Origin: Tubulanus polymorphus
Taxonomy: Eukaryota > Animalia > Nemertea
Length of the DNA: 64,000 nt
Direction: 5' to 3'
NCBI RefSeq assembly: GCF_964204645.1
Contig: NC_134030.1
Coordinates: forward strand, 14,880,110-14,944,109
Shown: piece by piece, positions 50,210 through 63,030 of the stretch
How the letters are laid out: each line of letters begins with the position of its first letter
Numbering within the stretch: the stretch's first letter is position 1
Program-made: the position numbers and the translations under genes
The notes under the pieces: model-generated
The model's input: only the letters and a program-made list of their open reading frames with translations
Databases searched by the model: none
Told to the model about the DNA's origin: nothing

Positions 50210-53200
50210 AAAACCCGTTATCGCTGCTTTGCAGCTATATTTTCCACATCAAATTTTTTTTCGCACATAAAATTCATCTTCTATCAGATTCGACAACTAA
50301 CTGCTTCTAAGTGAAATGTAGAATTCTGATAGCAATATAACACGCATTCGCTCCGCGTAGATTATACCTATGCACTCTCCGTCCTATTTTAAACTTAAAA
50401 TTACTTACTGAAAGATAACACCGGATGATAGTAGCAATCGCGACTCGCCCTGTCCGGTACTCCCACTAACGATAAAAACAGCGTCCTGTCCTGTGGCATG
50501 GTGGATAAGGTGTTTGACTCCCTGAGAGGTCGAGGGTTCGAATCCTAGTGAAACCATGCATTATCACAGTACAGCGCCGGCGCGCAACAATTGTTTGATT
50601 AATGAAACAACATGCACAGGGGTTTGGCGATGGGCTTGGATTTTATTTCCGGGTTGTTGATAATCTCGCGAGAATGGCGCTAAATATGAACTGTAATAAA
50701 TTCAAAATATCACGGAAATACCTTGTGTTTATATTGTTTATTTATCCGCTATAAAGTTTCGATAAACAATTGGTCGTTAAGAATCATTATCAGACGGTCG
50801 CCACGCTACAATATAAAAGTACAAGGGATGAAACGCCAGGCCTCCGCTGTACTTAAATTTTCAGCCAGAAAGTTGGGACAGTCACGTGACATTGTAGGAA
50901 TTTTCACACGTAATTTTACTTCCGCGTTCAGTTGACGATTCGTATCGATGACAACGACAGCGGAGTTTATGTATTCATAGAACTATAACGGATATTCCGT
51001 TATAGTTCTATGATGTATTTTAAGGTGAGAATCCGTTAACCAGGGAATGTATTAAATGATTTCTTTAATAATATGAGTATGGTAGCAAATGAGTAGGCCT
51101 ACTCGGTGAAGCAATGATCATTGTTGGCTACTTACTTAATGCCTAGCTTTTTTGGGGGATGCGCCTAGAATAGATTTAGGCCCTAAATATAATGGGTAGA
51201 GCCAGTCAGTGGAATGCCTTAATAGCAGCTCGTTATGGCCTGGTTTACACTGAATGTGCATGACAATTTATTTTGATTACTTTCTTTCCAGCTATAATTC
51301 GTGGAATGAACTGGGCACTACGGTCTTCAATTCCTTTGCGGATTCTTGCAGGAATATTAAACCACAGTGCGCAAATGTATGTTTCAAATTAGGCTTTTTC
51401 GACATTGACAGCCAAAGACGTAACTTAACACGCTAACTTAAGCGCAACTGTCTCAGATGCTGTAAGTACTTGACGTTTTGCGTAATTTTTTTTGTAATGC
51501 AATGTTTGGATTAGTAATCAGTCGTACATGCAGAATTGGATTCATTGTAATTATGGGATGATAATTCATGGGCGTCACGAGTCCTGCGACACACCCTTGA
51601 TATGAAGCTTTTTTAATGTTAATCATTGACTTGTTTTGGAGTAAACTGAATAGCCCTTAAAATGCCAATGTCACGTGGCTTGGTGTCTATGCTCTACGAG
51701 ACTGTAGTAATAGATTTTCACAACAAACTCATGATTTCAAATAGTCTCCTAAGATATCTATATATTATTTCGCTCCTTACCTAAGTAATTCTTACATTTG
51801 ATTGCTTAATTACAGATGGAAAGAGGTCAGATGGCATGAAAATCGACTGTGGCTGACTAATTGGCACGAGTAACCAAAATGCTTCAATCATCAGGGGTAG
51901 ACAAATTAGCCGAAGATGAATGAAAACTTCACCTTGATGATCATCAGTTGATTTTGCTATAATTATTTGCCTGGATATATCCTTCATTTCAAAATCTGTC
52001 TTCAGTAGAATTTCTTTCAATAAAATATTTTGAAGATTGAATTTGAATTGATCTTAAAACCAAAGAAAGCATTCAGAAATTTAGAAAATCCTTGACTCAT
52101 AATCAAATTCTGTGAAGTCAGTTAAGGTCTTTTTGGTCGAATCAAGCCGAGGGCTCAGGTGACTAAAACTCAATTCCTCACTGTCTTATAATGCCGAGTA
52201 CGACAGAGTTTACACACTGAAACACGTTGGGCTGTGTAAGTGTAATTTGGATAAGTCCACAATATAATGACCGCCCTGCCCCGCTGCATCTGAGACGTCA
52301 ACAAGTTAGACTGTATTGCTTCGATGACAAACTGACTCCTACGCAAGATAACCATCCAATTCAAATGTAAATTAAGAAAGAAAACAACATAACTAGTTGC
52401 GTTGATCAACAAAAATAAATCAATAGTTTATTACAATACTTCAATTTCAAAATAAGGATAGGAAAAAATTGAACAATAAGTGTGTTTGCCATGCGTCTTT
52501 AAATATTTCCCAAGAATATGTCTTTGTCTGGCCACCACCTGCCTCGACGTCAGACTTTTTCGAGATTTTCGCTAGAAATACGAAACAAGACAAAATTGAT
52601 GGATGGGAATCATACATGCTACATTCATTCTTACTGCGAACATTGGAATGAGCTAAAGCAATTTTCTAGGAGGAAAAATTGAGTCAAATGATGTTTCAAA
52701 ATCTGGACGGGAAAAGTTTTACTGAATTGTATGGCAAATGGCAAATACATGTTTATATTGATAAGGTAAATATCTGTATAAAAGGTTGTATAGCAACTTG
52801 AATTGAAGGATTAATGCAATAGGTCTCTTATTCTAAAAGACGAGTGAGCCATACTTACTAGATTGGTCATGTGAATCAACATCAAATTTAGAACTATCAT
52901 CCATTTTTAGTTTTCAATCAAAGACAAACCTATGAAATAAAGTACATATTTTTCTGATAACAACCTGGAATAAATTAAAATAAATCTGAGGAATTCACCA
53001 AATTTCTGTATCGAACCCCTAATAGGGCCTATATAACCTATAGATTGATACTTACATACGACAAATTGACGAAGAAACTTCATTTGACAGTATACAAACT
53101 CGCGGACAAACTCCCAAAATGAATCATGTCCTATTCACCTAGAATCAAACAAAATACAACTAAAAAATTCACAATACAGATTTTGGTTTCGAATCCTTCA

Positions 53201-53737
53201 AATAGCTGTTTACTTACATGAAACGAATTATCAAACTACTTCTGCCGACAGCATACCAACTCGCTGACAAACCCCCAAAATGAAACGTGTCATGATAAAC
53301 ATCTGGAATTAAACGTAATAAAGCTACAAAATTTACAAAATGTCGGTTTCGAATCCCTCAAATAGCCTTACACTTACAAATGATGGATTATCAAACAACT
53401 ATGAACTCCCACAACGCCACATGTCTTTGATAATCTACAGTGAATACCTGGAATTAAATGAAATAAATCTTAAAATTCCGATTTGAACCCAACGTAGGTC
53501 CTCTCTCTACTTGTAGGCCTAAGATCTTGAAATAGGATAAATAATGTTATGATGAAAGAGGCATAATGGTTCGGAAAAAATTGAATTCAATATGGCTCTT
53601 GGCCCGGCAAAGTTTGCTTTTGTAATATCCTTTTGATTAGGCCTAGTTACACATTTTAAAAGCAAATTTCATTTTGCATCAAACTAAAAGCGGCTTTGTT
53701 GAGGAAAAGATTCGTTTGAGTCGTAAAATTTATAGCC
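50210..53737. repeat. Uninterrupted copy of the large inverted duplication
   Basis: Reverse complement of 31437..34140 plus 20376..20888. Confidence 0.88.
50488..50557 (+). pseudogene. tRNA-derived sequence, second copy
   Basis: Inverted paralog of 33731..33803 with a deletion in the anticodon arm. Confidence 0.6.
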
Positions 53738-53846
53738 CCTCGCCATTTCATCAATTTTCATCCGATCTTTGTGAAATTTGGGATGTGTACTTGACTATGA
53801 TTGATGTATCAACACAACTAATTTCATCAAAATCTGAGTTCATGTG

Positions 53847-54191
53847 AGTAATAGGGATAATAGGCTTTCATACCAAAGGTCGAACGGTCGAGCTCATAAA
53901 AAATGAAAAACATGAAAATAATAACAATTTCTACTTGAATTAGTCGCGAAACTCATAAAAAATGAAAAATAATTCTCGCACACGAATCTATTTTTCGAAT
54001 TTTTTTTACTCGCTAGAAAAAAGTGTGAGTAAAGTGTGAGTGAAATAAATTCGAGTGTGTGAGAATTATTTTTCATTTTTTATGAGTTTCACTCCTAATT
54101 CAAGTAGAAATTGTTATTATTTTCATGTTTTTCATTTTTAATGAACTCGCCCCTTTAACCTTTGATATGAAAGCCTATTATCCCTATTACT
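53847..54191. repeat. Left terminal palindrome (345 bp)
   Basis: AGTAATAGGGATAATAGGCTTTCATA...TATGAAAGCCTATTATCCCTATTACT. Confidence 0.95.
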
Positions 54192-54311
54192 CTTAAAATA
54201 TTCATATACATGAATAAAATATATATGAATAACATATAAATTGATAGATTATTCAATATAAAAGTGTGAGTGAAATAATTCATATTTAAAACATTGAATA
54301 TTTATATTTGA

Positions 54312-54962
54312 ATGAGTTTTAATAAAAATTTTGTTATAAAAATGAAGAAAGAAGAAGAAGAACACAACTTTAAAATCGAAATCAATGAAACCAATAAATC
54401 ATTTTCACAGTTTTACATTAAAAATTATATTTCAGCAACAAATTTAGTGTCCGCAAGACATTATAAAATCGATAACATAACTATGATTAATCAAATATTA
54501 TCAAATGAAACTTATTTAATTACTGAACTAGTAGATACTTTTGATAATGGTGTTAAAAATCCTAAAGTATTCAATACAGTTTTAAATTTTAAAGGAACTT
54601 TAGATGAAAACATAATTAATATTCTTAAAACTCCTTTCAATGAAAGAAATAATGATATAATACTTTCAAAAGATTACAATGATTTGATTAACTTAAGAAT
54701 TGAAAAAAGACAATTATATTATTTCAATTTTGATAATAAACAAATTATCTATAACGAAAATTCATCAAATATTGGAATTCAATGTGAATTAGATAATGAA
54801 AAATCATTTAAAGATATTGCAGTTCAATGTAATTTAGATGATGAATTTAGAAAATTCAATCCTAATGAAAATTTTCATTGTTATTGCGGAGGTAAATATT
54901 CAAAATCACATAAATCAAAGCATTATGAAACAATTAAACATAAAAACTTGCGTAAAGAGTAA
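54312..54962 (+). CDS. 216-aa protein with C-terminal C2H2-like zinc finger, inside the left TIR
   Basis: Intact ORF; CYCGGKYSKSHKSKHYETIKH; duplicated IxxQCxLDxE. Confidence 0.75.
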   Translation: MSFNKNFVIKMKKEEEEHNFKIEINETNKSFSQFYIKNYISATNLVSARHYKIDNITMINQILSNETYLITELVDTFDNGVKNPKVFNTVLNFKGTLDENIINILKTPFNERNNDIILSKDYNDLINLRIEKRQLYYFNFDNKQIIYNENSSNIGIQCELDNEKSFKDIAVQCNLDDEFRKFNPNENFHCYCGGKYSKSHKSKHYETIKHKNLRKE

Positions 54963-55014
54963 CAATTCTACATTATAATTATTGAATTGAGTTAAATGAT
55001 TTAAATATCTAATA

Positions 55015-56039
55015 GACTGTTAAAATGATAAATTGTTTGACAGTTGAAATGATAAATTGTTTGACAGTTGAAATGATAAATTGTTTGACAATTGAAATGA
55101 TAAATTGTTTGACAGTTGAAATGATAAATTGTTTGACAGTTGAAATGATAAATTGTTTGACAGTTGAAATGATAAATTGTTCGACAGTTGAAATGATAAA
55201 TTGTTCGACTGTTGAAATGATAAATTGTTCGACAGTTGAAATGATAAATTGTTCGACTGTTGAAATGATAAATTGTTTGACAGTTGAAATGATAAATTGT
55301 TTGACAGTTGAAATGATAAATTGTTCGACTGTTGAAATGATAAATTGTTTGGCAGTTGGAATGATAAATTGTTCGACTGTTGAAATGATAAGACAGTTGA
55401 AATGATAAATTGTTTGACAGTTGAAATGATAAATTGTTTGACAGTTGAAATGATAAGACAGTTGAAATGATAAATTGTTTGACAGTTGAAATGATAAATT
55501 GTTTGACAGTTGAAATGATAAATTGTTTGACAGTTGAAATGATAAATTGTTCGACTGTTGAAATGATAAATTGTTTGGCAGTTGAAATGATAAATTGTTC
55601 GACTGTTGAAATGATAAGACAGTTGAAATGATAAATTGTTTGACAGTTGAAATGATAAATTGTTTGACAGTTGAAATGATAAATTGTTCGACTGTTGAAA
55701 TGATAAATTGTTCGACAGTTGAAATGATAAATTGTTCGACTGTTGAAATGATAAATTGTTTGACAGTTGAAATGATTAGACATTTGAAATGATAAATTGT
55801 TTGACAGTTGAAATGATAAATTGTTTGACAGTTGAAATGATAAATTGTTTGACAGTTGAAATGATAAATTGTTCGACTGTTGAAATGATAAATTGTTTGA
55901 CAGTTGAAATGATTAGACATTTGAAATGATAAATTGTTTGACAGTTGAAATGATAAATTGTTTGACAGTTGAAATGATAAATTGTTTGACAGTTGAAATG
56001 ATAAATTGTTCGACTGTTGAAATGATAAATTGTTCGACA
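55015..56039 (+). repeat. Central 24-bp tandem array (GTTGAAATGATAAATTGTTTGACA) with occasional 17-bp units
   Basis: About 40-45 units; variants TTCGACT and TTCGACA. Confidence 0.97.
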
Positions 56040-56106
56040 ATCATTTTAACAGTCTATTAGATATTTAAATCATTTAACTCAATTCAATAATTATAATGTA
56101 GAATTG

Positions 56107-56756
56107 TTACTCTTTACGCCAGTTTTTATGTTTAATTGTTTCATAATGCTTTGATTTATGTGATTTTGAATATTTACCTCCGCAATAACAATGAATTTTT
56201 TCATTAGGATTGAATTTTCTAAATTCATCATCTAAATTACATTGAACTGCAATATCTTTAAATGATTTTTCATTATCTAATTCACATTGAATTCCAATAT
56301 TTGATGAATTTTCGTTATAGATAATTTGTTTATTATCAAAATTGAAATAATATAATTGTCTTTTTCAATTCTTAAGTTAATCAAATCATTGTAATCTTTT
56401 GAAAGTATTATATCATTATTTCTTTCATTGAAAGGAGTTTTAAGAATATTAATTATGTTTTCATCTAAAGTTCCTTTAAAATTTAAAACTGTATTGAATA
56501 CTTTAGGATTTTTAACACCATTATCAAAAGTATCTACTAGTTCAGTAATTAAATAAGTTTCATTTGATAATATTTGATTAATCATAGTTATGTTATCGAT
56601 TTTATAATGTCTTGCGGACACTAAATTTGTTGCTGAAATATAATTTTTAATGTAAAACTGTGAAAATGATTTATTGGTTTCATTGATTTCGATTTTAAAG
56701 TTGGGTTCTTCTTCTTCTTTCTTCATTTTTATAACAAAATTTTTATTAAAACTCAT
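56107..56756 (-). pseudogene. Inverted copy of the 216-aa gene in the right TIR, 1-bp deletion
   Basis: Near-identical; the A-run near 56365 is one base shorter. Confidence 0.8.
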
Positions 56757-56876
56757 TCAAATATAAATATTCAATGTTTTAAATATGAATTATTTCACTC
56801 ACACTTTTATATTGAATAATCTATCAATTTATATGTTATTCATATATATTTTATTCATGTATATGAATATTTTAAG

Positions 56877-57218
56877 AGTAATAGGGATAATAGGCTTTCA
56901 TATCAAAGGTTGAAGGGGCGAGTTCATTAAAAATGAAAAACATGAAAATAATAACAATTTCTACTTGAATTAGGTGTGAAACTCATAAAAAATGAAAAAT
57001 AATTCTCACACACTCGAATTTATTTCACTCATACTTTACTCACACTTTTTTCTAGCGAGTAAAAATGAAAAATAAATTCGAGTGTGTGAGAATTATTTTT
57101 CATTTTTTATGAGTTTCGCGACTAATTCAAGTAGAAATTGTTATTATTTTCATGTTTTTCATTTTTTATGAGCTCGACCGTTCGACCTTTGGTATGAAAG
57201 CCTATTATCCCTATTACT
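56877..57218. repeat. Right terminal palindrome (342 bp)
   Basis: Mirror of 53847..54191. Confidence 0.95.
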
Positions 57219-57264
57219 CATGTGGTAACAGGCCTTGTTGATTTGACATGGAACCCTTGACTTT

Positions 57265-57282
57265 TGGTGCCGTGACCGGGAT
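57265..57282 (+). promoter_or_regulatory. Primer binding site, tRNA-His-like
   Basis: TGGTGCCGTGACCGGGAT immediately before the BEL/Pao gag. Confidence 0.75.
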
Positions 57283-59890
57283 GGATGATGATACGAATGT
57301 TTTCTCGGGCCAACGGACCCTAAGCCGTGTGAAAACTTCGCAAAAAACTCAACGTGGTCAACTGACGAAACTATTCAAACGAGCGGATGATCAACTACAC
57401 AACGCAAACGAACTTCTAGACAAGAAATTAGCTCTACTTACTAGCACATTCAACAAAATCGAAGGGAAGATCAGCGAAATATCGAACCTCGACGAGGAAA
57501 TTATCGAACTTACTAGCGACGCCGACCTGGGAATACGATAACCGATGCGGATGATTACAATATCGAAGTGAACGAAAAAATACCGACGGTCCAATTCGAC
57601 GTGAGCAAGCTCATTCTGGTCCCAGAACCGAATTCAATCCGAACGCCGACGTCAACGCGACATCATCAGAACACGAATTTACCGAAGCTTCAATTACCCA
57701 AATTCAGTGGGGATATCATCAATTGGATAACCTTTTTCGACGCGTTTAAATCTGCAGTCCATGACAACACCCAGCTCACGGATATCGGGACTATCACTGT
57801 CCAACAACAATTACGAACAAGCTCTCTAACTCTTAACAAAACGGTATGGACCAAACCATAAAATTATAAACGCTCATATGACAGCGCTTTTGGATATACC
57901 AAAGCCAGAATCGAACGTAGATAGCATTAGGCGTTTTAATGATATATTAGAGAGTCATATTCCAGGACTGAAATCGTTGGGAAAATCGGAGGAATACTAC
58001 GGCGATCTTCTGATTCCTATAATCATGGAAAAACTACCGAATAGTCTAAGGACACAAATCGCTCGCGAACATGGAGACAGTGAATGAACATTACAAGAAC
58101 TCAGAACGTCGATAGAAAAGAAGATAGATGCTCTTCAAGCTGGGGTGACTGATTTGTCTTTATCTGAACCCTCGTATATCAGTACAACCACACCGCATCC
58201 TTCATCACTGGAACAGGAAATAGAAAAAACAGCCACCCGCCGTGAACTAGCTTCAAGAGACCGATGCAGTGCCCCTTCTGCAAAGGTACACACAACCCGG
58301 TCGATTGTACTAAAGTTACTACCGAAAAACGTGAAGAGATTATTCGGAAAGATAACCGCTGTTTCAGTTTTTTCGGGACTCATAAAGTTAACACATGTAT
58401 GTCTTTATGGAGATGCAAAATCTGCACCTGGAAACATCACACGCTACTCTGTCGAAACGAGAAATCGAATCCAGATGCCGAAAACGTAAACGTCAATGCA
58501 TCCTTTGCCTCGACCTGTTCCGAGAACCGCTCCGATAACATGACTCAGCACGGACCAGTTCAGCTGAAAACCGCGGTGGCGAAACAAACTGACACGAACG
58601 ATAATCTGACTGCCACTTCCACGATCCTTTTCGACGAAGGGTCAACTCGTTTATTCATAACATATGAACTCGCCGCAAAATTAAAGCTAAAGACGGATTC
58701 GCGCGAAACGATCAACCTTTCAGTTTTTGGTGATGAAAATACGCGCGAAAAATGTTTCGATAAGGTGAAGGTCAACTTAGCAACGACCGAACATGGGAAC
58801 ATCACAATATCTGCTCTCAAACCACCGCTCGTGAATCTACCGTACTTGAAGGGGCTTAAGCTAGCTCATCCCATATCAAACCAAGATTCATTCCAAATAT
58901 TTGTTTTGATCGGGGTAGACTACTATCTGGAAAATCGTGCAGAATCACATCGTGCGAGGAAATGGACCCACAGCGCTGGCGTCTAAACTGGGCAATCTTC
59001 TGTCGGGGCCCTATCGGAATAACACCGCGCGAGATGCGATGACTATGCTGATCATGACAAAAAATGATCAATTTGAACGTGATTAACTCCAAAACTTTTG
59101 GGATCTAGAATCACTTGGAATTAAGGCACCAAATGATGATGACATCAGCTTCGACACGTATCGCGACGACTATCTGCGCAACGAAGGAGACCATTACGTT
59201 GCCAAGTTACCGTGGAAATCAGAACACCCACCACTACCCACGAACAGCGAAATCGCGAAAAAGAGAACACGCTCTATGGCTAAACGTTTACCGCCAAAAT
59301 ATGCTCCGCATTTACGACCGCATAATCGGCGAACAAGAAGCGCGGGAAGTCATCGAGCGCGTATACGACGATGACAATTCCTGTGGGCATTATATTCCAC
59401 ACCACGCCGTCAAGAAGGATTCCAAAACTACGCCGATTCGAGTCGTTTATGACTGCAGCTGTCGGTCAATCCACATCGCGCCCAGTCTCAACGACTGTTT
59501 GGAGACAGGTCCACCGCTGATCAATGACCTCGCGAACCTACTGTTAAATTTTCGGTCTATTTCTGTAGCCTTATCCAGCGACGTCGAGAAGGCGTTCCTA
59601 CATGTAGGATTAGACGAGACCGACCGCGATTTCACCAAATTCTATTGGATAAGCGATATAAAAAAAATCCAGACAGCGAGCTGATTGTTTACCGATTCAA
59701 CTCCAGACTTTTCGGTGCGGCATGTTCACCATTTATTCTGAATTCCGTCATCAAAGCTCATCTTGAACAACATCAATCGAACGTAGCACCTGATCTCCGA
59801 GATAAGATATACGTCGACAACGTAGTAACATGTGTAAACGACGTCTAAGAAGCGACCGAATATTACGCCCAGGTGAACCACGTCATGAAA
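57265..59890 (+). mobile_element. BEL/Pao retrotransposon remnant (gag, Cys knuckles, protease, partial RT); no LTRs visible
   Basis: LPKLQLPKFSGDIINWITF; CPFC...H...C, CKIC...HHTLLC; LFDEGS; YIPHHAV, RVVYDCS, DVEKAF, LFGAACSPF, YVDN. Confidence 0.9.
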
Positions 59891-61974
59891 TCACTACAAT
59901 ATATGTTTTTATTCAAATATTTCAATAAAAACATTAACTTCTTAAATCCATTCTAAATCATAATACGTTCTTATCTGTAAATTCACTCAATCCATCGACT
60001 CAGTAGGTGCTTAAGATGAGTTCTTGTTAGGACGGATCCATTTTTAAGGATGGTGATAATACAGTATCATGATGTTTGAATGCCAAAATAAATGCCTGGT
60101 CAAATAAATTCATATTTGTTGATTGTACGTCCGCGTATGTTCGGTTTCAAAGCTGATCATATTTAACGTTTACACATTGGTTGCATATTGGGTTCGAATC
60201 TGTCAATGCATTTTATTCTATGTATCGGTATTTCAATTTACTACAATTCCCATCATTCTGAATGGCTTTGCAGAAAACCCGTCATCGCTGCTTAGCAGCT
60301 ATATTCTCTTTTGATATTTCTGTCGTAATACAATGCGATAGCAAACCGGCTGAAGATTAAACCATCTGGAAATGAAATTAAACTATTAAATTATAGTTAA
60401 TCAAACTAAAGTTGTTATACAACAATTGTAGAGTTATACAAAATATTAAAGTTGGTTGGTTCAAAATTAAGGTTTACAATTTGCAGTGAGCCTTCTTTCC
60501 ACGGAAAAGTTTTTTCTAAGATTGATAATAAACATGAACTTGATCGATATTATCTTGCTGGAGCTAAAACAATGAACCATGACAAAATAATGATTAATCC
60601 CTCTTCCGCGTTTGAAAGGAGGTCAGTGACCGACACCCCATATATGCCACTATAACACGATCATACTAGCTTTTCTGGTCGCCGAACACAGAACCTAAAC
60701 CAAAAGAGAATTACTAAAGCATTCGGAATACCTCTAGCCCTGTTATACTCGTCAAACATGTCAAACAATGGCACAGCAGAGCGGGCCTCATTCCTTCATA
60801 TGGAAAAATGCAATGTCAGCGCGAACAACTTGTACGTACGATTTCAATTGACTGATCGAGTCTCTATGTCAATTATTCCTCGAGTAAAACGATTATATAC
60901 AGTACGTAGAGCGCAATATACATACATCGAGTGTAGGTTACTCGCGGATTAAATGGGGAGCTCTTGTTAAGTGCAGGAGAAAGATTACTTTTAACTTTTA
61001 CCAGAAGTTAAACTGTGTTCGTACATGTATCTATGAAATTAGCTCAATCGAATTGATTAATTAAGCTGGGATAATTTGATAGCTGTTGTCATAGACGAGT
61101 TGCCGTAGTATATGCATTATTCAAGTGGACGTTTACAAGCCTAGTTGTGTTTCTCGTAACCAAGCAAATATGTGTCGCTGGGGTTGTCAAACTGTTTCGA
61201 CGGTAAATATCAAAATGAATATATGTAAAGTTTAACCGTTTTATTTTCTATCCACTTACTCATTTAGTTTTTAAATAATTCACTTTTTAAATAAATAAAC
61301 CATTGTCTGCTACATACGTATGTATGTACATAAGTAGGCCTATACATTTGAAACGTTAATACCCGGTTTGTTCCCTAACTGCTGATCGCCCGAAATGCCA
61401 CCGGCTAATTTTTATGCCCCCAACTCAACTTCAGATTTACCCGCGCCTGCACGCTGCCGTCGCAAGTGACGTTAAACAGCCTAGAGGCCGCAATTGGTAA
61501 CCGATTCATTTCAAGCTTGGTACACGAGTAGGATATCCCTTGGGCAAGAACCCTATTTAGAATTGGGTCGATTTGATTTGAAAAATAGCCAAAACGAGCG
61601 GGGTGCCGACATGAAAAATGACGTTAACAGCTTAACGGCCGCAATTTTTGACCGATTTATTTCAAACTTGGTACACCTGTATTACCCGGGTCAAACCCCT
61701 ATTTAAAATTTAGTCGATTCTATTGATATTATAGCCACCAGGGAGGTGACGTGAAAAACAACGTTAACAGAGGCCGCAATTGTTGAACGATTCAAATTAT
61801 GGCCTAGAGCTGTCAATTACACTTTGTTCGCATTTTCTCTAATGTCATCCTAATAGAAATAATCGTGGGCCCGATATTTCTAACGCATTTACCACAAACC
61901 CGTAAATTCACGCTGTGATTTTCAGGCCTGGGGCCGGGGGCATTCGTGGCATTGCCTCAGTCTAGTTTACCTTT

Positions 61975-63030
61975 ATTAGGGTTTTCTGTAACATCACAGA
62001 AGACCCTATTGATATTCGCATGTTTATTGTTATTATTTGAAACTTAGTCAAAACTGCTAAGGCTTTCTTACCTTAGCGCTGTTTATTCCGATACAAACCG
62101 TTTTATTTCATTTAGCTCACTTCGACCTACTGCTTGGGAATTTTGATGAATCAACGTTACAAAAGCAGTGTCCCGCCGTAAACATCGAAAATTGAGCCCC
62201 ATTCAATGGGGCGACATGTTTTTCTGATTCGTCATCCCGAAAACCACCGCAGGCTGCTCGTCACTTCCATTATCAATTCAAGTATAAATAAACAAATTTA
62301 TTACCACAAGACTTCACTTTAGCCTCGGTCTTCAAACAGTAATTTTATCAATTACCTACTTCTTCATCGCTTACACTTTGCCGATCCACAGGATATTTAC
62401 TACTCTAAATATTATACGCACTGTCGAGCTGTAAACATCGATGAATCAACGTGTGTCTTTACGTCGTCGTTCCGTGGATACGCTGCGAGTTCTCCTTGCT
62501 ATGATAATCAAATCAAGTACAAATAAATTTATTACTCCCAGTGATTTGGCCGCGGGCTTCAAACTGTATTCTAATTTATTTTACCAAATTTGCCGGATAT
62601 TTACGACGATGAATCATTTCAGTACCGGCGCCAGCCGTGGGCCTAAACTAAACACGCTGAACAGACGCAGCGGAGAAAAGTTATAGTGTTGACGAGGTAT
62701 TAAAATGAATGAATTTATTACTACCAGTGATTCGGCCGCGGACTTCAACCAAATATCAATATTCTATTTGTCCTACAGTACATACCGATTTTACCAAATC
62801 CACAGGAAATTTACTGAATACCTGTTTATAACACATTCTTATCCATAAGCTGAACTCACGCTTTATATTCGGATTCAGTGTTTCCAATACCGCGGGTGAT
62901 AGGAGATCGTTTCTAGGCCGCTTGAATTATCTAGTGAGGTCCTACGCGACCTTTGGGCTTTACTTTTTCAAACAAACACAATATAATTGTTGTGTTTATC
63001 AACGGACACATGGATTGAACTTCAAACAAA
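61975..63030 (+). repeat. Diverged copy of interspersed repeat also at ~47540-48620 (and inverted at ~40030-40410 and 13190-13440)
   Basis: Shared blocks such as CCGTAAACATCGAAAATTGAGCCCCATTCAA and TTACTACCAGTGATT. Confidence 0.75.

Larger units (their letters stand above)
53847..57218. mobile_element. Complete non-autonomous hairpin-ended Polinton-type element (3372 bp)
   Basis: 6-bp TSD CATGTG (53841-53846 / 57219-57224), AGTA...TACT ends, ~1.18-kb TIRs (53847-55029 / 56040-57218). Confidence 0.95.

Noticed and set aside
55015-56039. CRISPR-like array or long ORFs (260, 343, 126 aa)
   Set aside because: Units are head-to-tail with no unique spacers and no cas genes; the ORFs arise because the repeat lacks stops in some frames.
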